This document shows, piece after piece, positions 1 through 7,746 of a stretch of DNA of 20,000 nt. A program made the position numbers and the translations under genes. The notes beneath the pieces are model-generated. The model worked only from the letters and a program-made list of their open reading frames with translations. It was not told where the DNA came from and did not search any database. The stretch is from an uncultured virus (IMG/VR IMGVR_UViG_3300035665_000019). Taxonomy: Duplodnaviria > Heunggongvirae > Uroviricota > Caudoviricetes. Positions within the stretch are counted from its first letter, which is position 1; every line of letters starts with the position of its first letter. The DNA lies in IMG/VR virus record IMGVR_UViG_3300035665_000019. The stretch is one strand, 5' to 3'.

Positions 1-898
1 TTTGATCATATTCTTCTTTTGATGATGCTACCATATATACTTCTGAAGCTTTACTCATATTTTTACTAACCATAGCATCTGCTTTGCTCTTATTTTTTTC
101 AGCTTCATTTTTACGCTTTTGAAAAATCATCCAACCCTCAAGAGCATCGTCATCATCTATTATATCTTGACTAGGACATTCTGGATGTTCCATAACAGAA
201 TCATACATACGAGTAATATTAATTAATGCTCTTTGTTCATCTGTCCATGAGCATGATGAACCAGGAAAAATATTTGCTTTATTTCCAGAGGTCCAATATG
301 ATTTCCATGATTCTGACCTAGCTAGCTTTTTAAGAACATCAACAGATGGTATAAATCCAACCAATTCCGCAGCGACATCATTTAAAAAAGAAGCGCTCTG
401 TGAACATATCTTTTTGTTTCTAAAAACTTTTTTATTATTAATAGTATATAAACTATTCATGATAATATATTCATTCCTAATTCTACCAGCATAAGCTTCC
501 AGCGTATGATCATCCATAGAGTGTTTTGTTGTTATAAGCTTAACTCTATTTTTATTAGTATTATTTATTTGCTTTTTTAATTCTTTTCTTTTTGATACTT
601 GTATAAAATTTTGAAATAGTTCCACTTTAAGATTTTCCAGTTTTTTATCCAGATTTTTTATTACGTCATCATCTGATATGTGCCACAAACCATTTTCTAT
701 AAGAATTACTTCTGTGTCTTTTAATAATATCCAATCATTATATAGATTATCTTTGATAGTCTCTTGATAAATAGTATCCGCCATTTGAATAGTAACAGTA
801 TCTGGAGGTCGCAGAATATATTTCTTCCCATTCAGTGAGAAGATTGTTATTCCAGATATTATTCTCGATAGTAATAGATCCTGATCTGTCCTTATCAT
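1..898 (-). CDS. Hypothetical protein (>=299 aa, truncated by window start); putative tail assembly chaperone by position
   Basis: Not in the ORF track. Hand translation from ATG at 898-896 gives MIRTDQDLLLSRIISGITIFSLNGKKYILRPPDTV...WKSYW...EHPECPSQDIIDDDDALEGWMIFQKRK...EEYDQ with no stop to base 1. It lies downstream of the tail tube gene. The ORF is solid; the function is inferred from synteny only. Confidence 0.75.
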   Translation of the reverse strand, partial: MIRTDQDLLLSRIISGITIFSLNGKKYILRPPDTVTIQMADTIYQETIKDNLYNDWILLKDTEVILIENGLWHISDDDVIKNLDKKLENLKVELFQNFIQVSKRKELKKQINNTNKNRVKLITTKHSMDDHTLEAYAGRIRNEYIIMNSLYTINNKKVFRNKKICSQSASFLNDVAAELVGFIPSVDVLKKLARSESWKSYWTSGNKANIFPGSSCSWTDEQRALINITRMYDSVMEHPECPSQDIIDDDDALEGWMIFQKRKNEAEKNKSKADAMVSKNMSKASEVYMVASSKEEYDQ

Positions 899-901
899 TC
901 A

Positions 902-1045
902 TTATTCTTTGTCCTGGAGTAATTTCTTGAGCTTTTCTAATTCTTGCTCTTGATCTTTTATTTTTTCCTGATATTTTTCTATTGCTTTATGAGCCTGAAA
1001 AACATCTATATATAATTTACCTATAATATTAAATATTTCTTCCAT
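902..1045 (-). CDS. Small 47-aa coiled-coil protein (possible tail chaperone or accessory)
   Basis: Hand translation: MEEIFNIIGKLYIDVFQAHKAIEKYQEKIKDQEQELEKLKKLLQDKE*. It is preceded by AAAGGATAAAGGA (SD-like), has a heptad-like charged C-terminal half, and fills the gap between two larger genes. Confidence 0.7.
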   Translation of the reverse strand: MEEIFNIIGKLYIDVFQAHKAIEKYQEKIKDQEQELEKLKKLLQDKE

Positions 1046-1108
1046 ATTATTTTTCCTTTATCCTTTGTTGAACTTATTATAATCGTTCCAATATCTTCTT
1101 TATATTAC

Positions 1109-2413
1109 TTATGAACCAGCACCAGAATAAGTACCAGTACCAGTACTACCAGGACCATTATTACCGGCTGTGCCGGTACCGTTCTCAGCTACTGTTATAG
1201 TTGCTGTACCAAGACCACTAACCGTTCTTCCACAAGGATTATTCTGACTTCCGAGGTAAGGAGCGCTAGCAATACTACTATAAATTTCTGTTCCCTGATT
1301 GATGAAGCATGTGTTATATCCTGTGAAACTATAGGTTATGGTAACGTTACCACCACCAGTATCTCCACCACTATAGTTAACACTGGTTAGTCTGTTATTT
1401 GTTCCAAGATAAAAATTCATACCACCAGCATCGCCTTCTAACGTAGGTCCGCAAATTCTTAATAGAATTGCGCGCTTACGACCATTTCTCAAGCCAGCAT
1501 TACACTTGGCCTCAGCAAAGTTAGTAGCACTAACATCATAATCTGTTGCTAATACTTCGAATTCGCTTGTAACTTCTAGTGGTACTGTTACTAAACGAGT
1601 ATAAGGATTACGATTACCAAGCTCATTTAATGGTTCACGACCAAGGTCGCAACTAATTGTTAAACTTGTAATGTGTGGAGTAACATACTTACTACCATCA
1701 TAAGGAACAATAATGCCACCGTCCCAGCTGGTTAATCCGCTTGGCAACACTGATTTACTTAAATCAATATTTTGACGACGAGCAATACCAGTAGCTCTTA
1801 GATTATTAAAAGCACCACCAAAAGCTGTTCCAGGAGCTGGGGGAAGAACACCATCTGAAGCACTTCCAGGAAGAGTATTAGCAGTTAAACTTGCTGAATT
1901 TGCTAGCCAAACTTTATTATTTCCTACTAGTGTTACTTCTTCTGTGAAATTTCCATCAGTAACAAGATTATATGTGAAAGAAGACAAATACATTCCTGTC
2001 ATCTCTACTCTATATGGCATTGCGCCAGAAACGTTCTGAAAATCAATATCATTACCAACGAATAATCTAGCGTTGCATCTGCGACTAGCAAGAGCCAAAA
2101 TATTTTGTCCAGTTGTGGTCTTGCCATTTCCGCCCATCGCTAAAACATATAAAGGATAGCGATAGTCAATAACTTTATTTACTGTGACTTCGATTTCTGG
2201 ATTATCATCCAAAACGTCGTACTGATCGAATTCACCTAACTGGAAAACGTTTTCTAGATTGAAATTGGTTGAGATTCCAACGCTTTGAACACCAGTGACA
2301 GTTTCCCATGCGCTTACTGCTTCTGGACTACCAGAATCTATACCAGGACCATTAACACCCTGTAACTGAAGACCTTGTATTGCATAGTAAATTCTATTAG
2401 AGCTTTTTGGCAT
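1109..2413 (-). CDS. Putative major tail (tube) protein, 434 aa, with an internal two-domain duplication
   Basis: Follows the head-closure/neck/terminator genes and has a strong SD (GAGGTG). Tube-like beta patterns occur twice: VQSVGISTNFNLENVFQLG..EIEVT..LSSFTYNLVTDGNFTEEVTL and ITSLTISCDLGREPLNELG..LEVTSEFEV..LTSVNYSGGDTGGGNVTITYSF. Ends in a Gly/Thr-rich tail. Confidence 0.7.
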   Translation of the reverse strand: MPKSSNRIYYAIQGLQLQGVNGPGIDSGSPEAVSAWETVTGVQSVGISTNFNLENVFQLGEFDQYDVLDDNPEIEVTVNKVIDYRYPLYVLAMGGNGKTTTGQNILALASRRCNARLFVGNDIDFQNVSGAMPYRVEMTGMYLSSFTYNLVTDGNFTEEVTLVGNNKVWLANSASLTANTLPGSASDGVLPPAPGTAFGGAFNNLRATGIARRQNIDLSKSVLPSGLTSWDGGIIVPYDGSKYVTPHITSLTISCDLGREPLNELGNRNPYTRLVTVPLEVTSEFEVLATDYDVSATNFAEAKCNAGLRNGRKRAILLRICGPTLEGDAGGMNFYLGTNNRLTSVNYSGGDTGGGNVTITYSFTGYNTCFINQGTEIYSSIASAPYLGSQNNPCGRTVSGLGTATITVAENGTGTAGNNGPGSTGTGTYSGAGS

Positions 2414-2454
2414 TTCTACACCTCGTTGGAATGTATTTTGTAAGATGTTACAGT

Positions 2455-2467
2455 TATAAATTACACC
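2455..2467 (-). promoter_or_regulatory. Intergenic motif copy 1, GGTGTAATTTATA (candidate late promoter)
   Basis: 41 nt upstream of the tail tube ATG. Matches consensus GGTGTAWHTWWTA, found in three intergenic gaps in the same orientation. Confidence 0.55.
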
Positions 2468-2476
2468 AAGGTTTGA

Positions 2477-3427
2477 TTAAACCACAATTTCCATACTAAG
2501 TCTAACTGTGCTGTAGAATAGATTATAGTTTAAAGATTGGTTATCAATAATGTTAACATTATCTATATAACTAATTCTCCAAAAATATTGATTATCGTCA
2601 AACAATTGGTTATAATTTTTACGATTAGTATTTAAAGAACCGTCTTTATTAAGAGAATACACCTGATTTTTTATTACTTTGTTAATGTCATAAAATTTTA
2701 AAGGTTTTTCTTTTTGAAGTCTTATAATATCAACAATATTATTACGATCAATATAGTTTTCTGTAAAAATATGCAATAGTATATCTTGTTTTACGTCATA
2801 TGTTAAAGATCCAAGTTCGTAAGGATTAAAATCGGCCGAATTAATTGGTTCTATTATTATGCATGGTAATTGTGCTCTATGATTAGAGGACGTTTCCTTA
2901 TCAACGTCCGCTCTTTTAAAGGTCATTTCTTGGAGTCTTTTCCAGTCTGATAAATTTTCTTGAGCTTTATATACTTGGATAGCTCTATAAGAAAAGCTCA
3001 TTTGAACATCTGAGTTAGACGGTAAGCCACTATTAAAAATTACTCTACCAAGATCATAGTTTAATTTAAATGGGTATTGGGAGGTTCCTGTTGGGGCCGG
3101 AGCGAATACATTATTTATATAAACACCACTAATATTAATAGGAGATCCTGAAGCGTAAACTACTCCGGTTTCGTATACCCATTGCTTTTTGAAAGTTTCC
3201 CATACTTGTCCGCTTTTATATAAAGGGTCTTCTTTTTTAGTAAGTTTATGAAAACTAATATTATTAGAAATATTATTTGTTGGCCTATTTATATTAACAA
3301 AGCCCCCTATGTTTAGAAATCCCCAATTCAAGAATGATTTTAGATTTTCCTCTAACTGTACATATAAATAGTGTTTGCCAAGCTTATCAACATTTTGAAA
3401 GAAAGAATTCGGATTACAGTTTGTCAT
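2477..3427 (-). CDS. Putative tail terminator/completion protein, 316 aa
   Basis: Immediately upstream of the tail tube gene. The segment LPCIIIEP...ELGS...QDILLHIFTENYIDRNNIVDII resembles the terminator alpha/beta pattern. ATGA overlap with the upstream gene at 3424-3427. Confidence 0.55.
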   Translation of the reverse strand: MTNCNPNSFFQNVDKLGKHYLYVQLEENLKSFLNWGFLNIGGFVNINRPTNNISNNISFHKLTKKEDPLYKSGQVWETFKKQWVYETGVVYASGSPINISGVYINNVFAPAPTGTSQYPFKLNYDLGRVIFNSGLPSNSDVQMSFSYRAIQVYKAQENLSDWKRLQEMTFKRADVDKETSSNHRAQLPCIIIEPINSADFNPYELGSLTYDVKQDILLHIFTENYIDRNNIVDIIRLQKEKPLKFYDINKVIKNQVYSLNKDGSLNTNRKNYNQLFDDNQYFWRISYIDNVNIIDNQSLNYNLFYSTVRLSMEIVV

Positions 3428-4080
3428 GGTATGTGTCTCGTAATTTCTGTTTGAAATATATTATATATATTATCATCTAATTTATCTATGGCTCTTGTGA
3501 TCCAATTATTATTAATTGTACCAGCAAATTGAGATGGTACTCTCCAATTTGATCCAGGGTCATCTTCCATAATAGCATTACCAGTTCTAGAGTAAATACT
3601 AGCTCCAAATTTAACACTATAATCTTTTACCAAAATATTTCCACCTTCTAATAATAACCATTTTAACCATGGCAATGAGTAGCCTCTTTGCGAATCATTA
3701 ACATTTGCATCATTCATGGATAAAACGTTAGCAAAATCTCTCGCTATCATTTCTAAACTAAATCCGCCAGATAAACCATTATTAGTAATTTTCACCCCAT
3801 TATTTATTACAACTATATTAGATATCCAGGCATCTATAATTGAATTAACTCTTGATGATGCGTCTGGTATTCCTAATTCGTATCTGAGCTGTCCTCCAAT
3901 TAATGATTGATATTCTGGTTCATTTATGATAGCTTTTTTAACAATATCTTTTATTTGATTTTCTATAAATGGAATTGATTTTGATATAGTTATATTAACT
4001 TCATCAGCCAGTGCCCTCAACATTGCTGCTCTAATTTGAGAATCTGTTTCTATTATTTTTATATTAAATTTTAGCGTCAT
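3424..4080 (-). CDS. Putative neck/tail completion protein (HK97 gp10-like position), 218 aa
   Basis: The ORF track starts it at 4101, but ATG 4080-4078 (MTLKF) forms an ATGA overlap with the upstream TGA stop (4079-4077), so 4080 is the preferred start. Function assigned by synteny. Confidence 0.55.
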   Translation of the reverse strand: MTLKFNIKIIETDSQIRAAMLRALADEVNITISKSIPFIENQIKDIVKKAIINEPEYQSLIGGQLRYELGIPDASSRVNSIIDAWISNIVVINNGVKITNNGLSGGFSLEMIARDFANVLSMNDANVNDSQRGYSLPWLKWLLLEGGNILVKDYSVKFGASIYSRTGNAIMEDDPGSNWRVPSQFAGTINNNWITRAIDKLDDNIYNIFQTEITRHIP

Positions 4081-4595
4081 TGTTGTCTTTGCCAAATGCA
4101 AATTAAGTAATCTTTCGAACTAAGTCCAGCTATTTCTGGTTCTCCAGACAGAGTATACAAATTTGTATCATCGTTATTAAAATAAACATAATTACAGTTT
4201 TTAATTTTATTTATTAGCTCATATTTACATATTGTTTGTACAGATCCATCCGGAATTTGAACTGTTTTTGATTTCCAACCCATCCAGTATCTAGTATCAT
4301 GAATTACTGCTATCCTAACAGTATCTTTTGAGTCTTTGTCTATATATCCAAATCCGCCGCAAACAGGACAAATACTATTATTCTGAAATGGAGAAGGTCC
4401 TGTCCCATTATATTCGTTTGAGGATTTGTTAGCTATAGGATCAAATGTACAATTACCACAATAGTCTCTGAACGTGCTAGAATATTTAAAAGTGGCCGGT
4501 ATTGTTAAGGCAGTATCCTCTAGTAATGCATCTATTGCATAATTATATGTTTGCTTAAAATTTTCTGAAATAATATTACTAAATGGATTTGACAT
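4077..4595 (-). CDS. Putative head closure/head-tail joining protein with a CxxC...CxxC zinc finger, 172 aa
   Basis: Contains CGNC and CPVCGG. It is the first gene of the translationally coupled neck cluster, with a beta-rich C-terminus (YTLSGEPEIAGL..YLICIW). Confidence 0.55.
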   Translation of the reverse strand: MSNPFSNIISENFKQTYNYAIDALLEDTALTIPATFKYSSTFRDYCGNCTFDPIANKSSNEYNGTGPSPFQNNSICPVCGGFGYIDKDSKDTVRIAVIHDTRYWMGWKSKTVQIPDGSVQTICKYELINKIKNCNYVYFNNDDTNLYTLSGEPEIAGLSSKDYLICIWQRQQ

Positions 4596-4628
4596 AATTA
4601 TATATTATCCCTATGGCAAGAGTGCTAA

Positions 4629-4641
4629 TATTAGTTACACC
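4629..4641 (-). promoter_or_regulatory. Intergenic motif copy 2, GGTGTAACTAATA (candidate late promoter)
   Basis: 33 nt upstream of ATG 4595; same consensus and orientation as the other copies. Confidence 0.55.
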
Positions 4642-4650
4642 TAAAATAGA

Positions 4651-5631
4651 TCAATTAGTCTTTATAATAGCGCTCATACCTTTTTGATTATATAAGTTAT
4701 CGCTATTTTTTATATATTTCTTAATAGAACCATTTTTAGAAAGATGAAGCCAATTGATAAATATATCATTATCTTCATTTACATTATTAATTAATTTACC
4801 ACATATTAATGGTTTATTAAATATAAAACAATTGTTATTGTATGTAATTATTATTTTAAAAATTTCTTTTAAGTTTTTATTTTCTATGAGAATAAAATCT
4901 TCACTATCAGATACTTCTATTGTCTGATTGTCTAAGCCCACAATATATCCAAATATTCTTTCTAGCGAATGGGGAATGGTTCCTTCTTTTATATCTGAGA
5001 TCATTCCAAAATTTAAAGTATTGTATAGAGTGTCGCAGATCTCATTGGGGAAATATTTTTTAAATAATTCTGATTTTGCCATGAACATTGTTCCTCCAAT
5101 GAATTTACAATTATCATTATTATAATCTGATAAATTTAAAATATGAGTCATTAAATATTCTATTATATTTTTATTATAAAATTCTTTATCATTATTCAAG
5201 ATAAGAGCTCTGGATCCTATCATTCCAATCTTATTGTTATTATCCATTTTAGAAATGTTATTTTGGAAAATATTTTTATTTCCTATTAATGCATTTACTA
5301 AAAATTCCCTCCAATTTACATTTTTATATCGACCCCATAGAGATTTTTTAGAATGTAACTTAATAAAGTATTTATGCTTTTTTGGATCTAGATCTTTCAT
5401 TTGTAATAGGAATGGTCCTATATCAACTCCTCTATTATCCACATATCTAACAATACTGTTCCCATTAAAAGTATTTAAGCAATCTTTCTCAATATATTCG
5501 TTATTATTTTCTATGTCATCATTACATAATAATAAATCTATATCTATATAGTCTTTTATTTTTAGCAATAATTCTTTGTATTCTTCCCATAAGGAAGGAT
5601 AATATAGATAAATTAAAATTTTAACTTTCAT
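4651..5631 (-). CDS. Rhamnan synthesis protein F (RgpF)-like glycosyltransferase, 326 aa
   Basis: Ordered RgpF-family motifs: YLYYPSLWEE, DNRGVDIGPFL, FIKLHSKKS, WREFLVNALIG, IGMIG, FIGGTMF, EGTIPHSLERIFG. An extra C-terminal segment of about 85 aa follows. Confidence 0.8.
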   Translation of the reverse strand: MKVKILIYLYYPSLWEEYKELLLKIKDYIDIDLLLCNDDIENNNEYIEKDCLNTFNGNSIVRYVDNRGVDIGPFLLQMKDLDPKKHKYFIKLHSKKSLWGRYKNVNWREFLVNALIGNKNIFQNNISKMDNNNKIGMIGSRALILNNDKEFYNKNIIEYLMTHILNLSDYNNDNCKFIGGTMFMAKSELFKKYFPNEICDTLYNTLNFGMISDIKEGTIPHSLERIFGYIVGLDNQTIEVSDSEDFILIENKNLKEIFKIIITYNNNCFIFNKPLICGKLINNVNEDNDIFINWLHLSKNGSIKKYIKNSDNLYNQKGMSAIIKTN

Positions 5632-5636
5632 AAATC

Positions 5637-6230
5637 CTAAATCGCTTTTATAGCAAACATGTATCCTTTGTTTCTATATAGATACGAACTACTAGTACTA
5701 TCAGAAGTCCAAAATACTCTAAAAATTAAATCGGGAGTAGATGTTACGCAAAATATTTCTTTTTCAAAAGAAAAACCACTACTAGATATATTTCTAATAT
5801 ATGTATTGTTTAGATCATTGGAATCTATACCATATATATATGTAATATCTTGATTTGGTAAAGTAATTAAAGCGTTAACATCACTAGTAATAGAACTTAA
5901 GCTTGTGGCACCATTGCGGGGCTCAAATGTCATTCCTATTTTAATAAAATATGCTCCAGTATTAGTTAACTGTAAATAAATAGGATCTAGTTCAGAATTA
6001 AGACTTGTTCCTGGAGCTTTGCCAAAACCTGTGGATTGATAAGAAGAAAATCCTAAAGACCCACTACTGCCGGTTTTTCCTTTTGGTCCACGAGGACCAA
6101 CACTACCATCTCTACCGGGCGGACCTTGAGGACCAGGAAATCCAGAACTTATTTCAATTATATTAGATACAAATAAATTATCTTCTATATTTAATATTTC
6201 AGATCCATTTATTAAAATATTATCTGCCAT
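5637..6230 (-). CDS. Short collagen-repeat virion protein, 197 aa
   Basis: Ten uninterrupted G-X-Y triplets (GFPGPQGPPGRDGSVGPRGPKGKTGSSGSL) followed by a beta-rich C-terminal domain. Confidence 0.75.
   Translation of the reverse strand: MADNILINGSEILNIEDNLFVSNIIEISSGFPGPQGPPGRDGSVGPRGPKGKTGSSGSLGFSSYQSTGFGKAPGTSLNSELDPIYLQLTNTGAYFIKIGMTFEPRNGATSLSSITSDVNALITLPNQDITYIYGIDSNDLNNTYIRNISSSGFSFEKEIFCVTSTPDLIFRVFWTSDSTSSSYLYRNKGYMFAIKAI
6051..6143 (-). repeat. Collagen G-X-Y coding repeat
   Basis: Gly at every third residue over 31 codons. Confidence 0.85.
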
Positions 6231-6234
6231 AATT

Positions 6235-7665
6235 TTATCCTATAGTATTATATTTTATTAATTTAGGATTATTAACTGTGCCTCCTATAGCAGAGTCTAT
6301 AGTGAAAGTTGTGTTTCCTGTGCCTGTACTATAACTTGGGGCTGAGCTAATTGTTCTAGTGGACGCGACTGTACCAGTGCCATTATTATATTCTATAATT
6401 ATGATATCGTTATTTGACAATTGAGATGTTAAATCTCCAGATATTGTTACCGCAGTTCCAATAAGAGTTATGGCTCTTGGCAATAATCCGCATGAGGAAG
6501 AATTATTTAAATCATTAGATTGTTCATTCTGGAAATAAACTATTAATTTGATAGCTCTTATTGCCCCAGCATCTCCATTATTATAGTCTATACCATATAA
6601 TTTCCAACTACCATTAACATTCATTCCTTCGAATGTTTTAAGGCCACTACCATAAACAGATATGTCTCTATTAGAATCGTTACTATCAAATGCGTCGTAT
6701 ATAAGCTTATTACTCAAAGAAAATTGACCTTGTACTCCTGGTAAAGCAACTCCAAGATTTTTATTTTCCAATAAAGAAAAGTTATAGTCGATAACATTAG
6801 CAACTGTAGGACGTTCTCCGTTGGGTCTGGTAACAGCATAATCGGATATAACAAAAGATAAATTCTTGGGTTTGTTCGAATAAGAAGTAAACTTATTTTG
6901 ATCTAATAATAAAACACCACTACCATTATGGGTTAATAATAATCTAATATCTTGTGGTGCAGAATGGGTGAGTCCGTCGATGAAAACATCCACCCTTTCT
7001 ATAAGTTTAGACTCTGGGGCGGATAATGAGAAAGGAAATGGTGAACTTTTACCATAAGGATTTTCGTCAACAATTTTATCTCTTAAATACATTACACTCT
7101 CATCTGTTGAGCTATTGATAAATTCATATATTGTTGCATCTCCTCCTATAAATTCGCAAGGAGAGCCTATGCAACTGTCTAAAATTCCAAAAGAAGACGT
7201 TAAGCCAGCAGCGTCTGCTGCTGCTTCTGCATTGTCTCCTCCTTCTTGGGTGGTGATACAAGTTGGTATGGTTGGGGAAGGTATCGATCTTTTGTCTAAT
7301 GTTATTGTGCCTTTCAAAAGTCTTTTAACAACTCTTGAGCCTCCTCTATAAAATAATTCAGGTGTAATGACTTCTAACTCATAAATAGCAGACTCCCAGT
7401 CGAAAGAATTTGTGGTTTCTGCTGGTAGTCTTAGAGACATCTTTCCTTCTGTTGGATAAAGAATAAAAGCATAAGATGATTTTACATTAATTCCTGTGGT
7501 ACTATAAGTGATCAAGTTTGTGTTTGATCCACCATTTGGTTGTATTCTTAATGTACAACAATAATTGGACATGTCTATTATTTGATTAGATGAGTTTTTA
7601 TAAACAAAATCTAATCCAAAGATAGTACCCTGCTCTATAGTAAAATCATAGTTCGTAGCTGCCAT
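6235..7665 (-). CDS. Virion protein with an N-terminal Ig-like/BppU-type adaptor domain and a proprotein convertase P-domain, 476 aa
   Basis: The N-terminus (YDFTIEQG..IDMSNY..LRLPAETT..AIYELEV..RLLKGTITL) resembles common phage fibre-anchor domains. IERVDVFIDGLTHSAPQDIRLLLTH...FEGMNVNGSWKLYGIDYNNGDAGAIRAIKLIV matches the P-domain signature. Confidence 0.7.
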   Translation of the reverse strand: MAATNYDFTIEQGTIFGLDFVYKNSSNQIIDMSNYCCTLRIQPNGGSNTNLITYSTTGINVKSSYAFILYPTEGKMSLRLPAETTNSFDWESAIYELEVITPELFYRGGSRVVKRLLKGTITLDKRSIPSPTIPTCITTQEGGDNAEAAADAAGLTSSFGILDSCIGSPCEFIGGDATIYEFINSSTDESVMYLRDKIVDENPYGKSSPFPFSLSAPESKLIERVDVFIDGLTHSAPQDIRLLLTHNGSGVLLLDQNKFTSYSNKPKNLSFVISDYAVTRPNGERPTVANVIDYNFSLLENKNLGVALPGVQGQFSLSNKLIYDAFDSNDSNRDISVYGSGLKTFEGMNVNGSWKLYGIDYNNGDAGAIRAIKLIVYFQNEQSNDLNNSSSCGLLPRAITLIGTAVTISGDLTSQLSNNDIIIIEYNNGTGTVASTRTISSAPSYSTGTGNTTFTIDSAIGGTVNNPKLIKYNTIG

Positions 7666-7711
7666 CTATAATCCTTATGAATATTAGATTATATTTTATA
7701 TATCGCACCAG

Positions 7712-7724
7712 TAATATATACACC
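7712..7724 (-). promoter_or_regulatory. Intergenic motif copy 3, GGTGTATATATTA (candidate late promoter)
   Basis: 46 nt upstream of ATG 7665; same consensus. Flanked by the 5-bp inverted repeat ACCAG/CTGGT. Confidence 0.55.
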
Positions 7725-7746
7725 CTGGTATTTATATAAATGTCTA

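Noticed and set aside
747..902. 51-codon ORF starting at the TAATG overlap (ATG 902-900; MNDKDRSG...)
   Set aside because: It overlaps the much longer ORF starting at 898 in another frame and has no recognisable features.
1046..1108. Intrinsic terminator after the tail tube gene
   Set aside because: No GC-rich hairpin followed by a U-tract is visible.
2417..2422. Extra GGTGTA just before the tail tube ATG as a fourth motif copy
   Set aside because: It is part of the GAGGTG Shine-Dalgarno and lacks the AT-rich 3' half.
4081..4101. ORF-track start at 4101 for the neck gene
   Set aside because: ATG at 4080 gives the ATGA coupling seen elsewhere in this operon.
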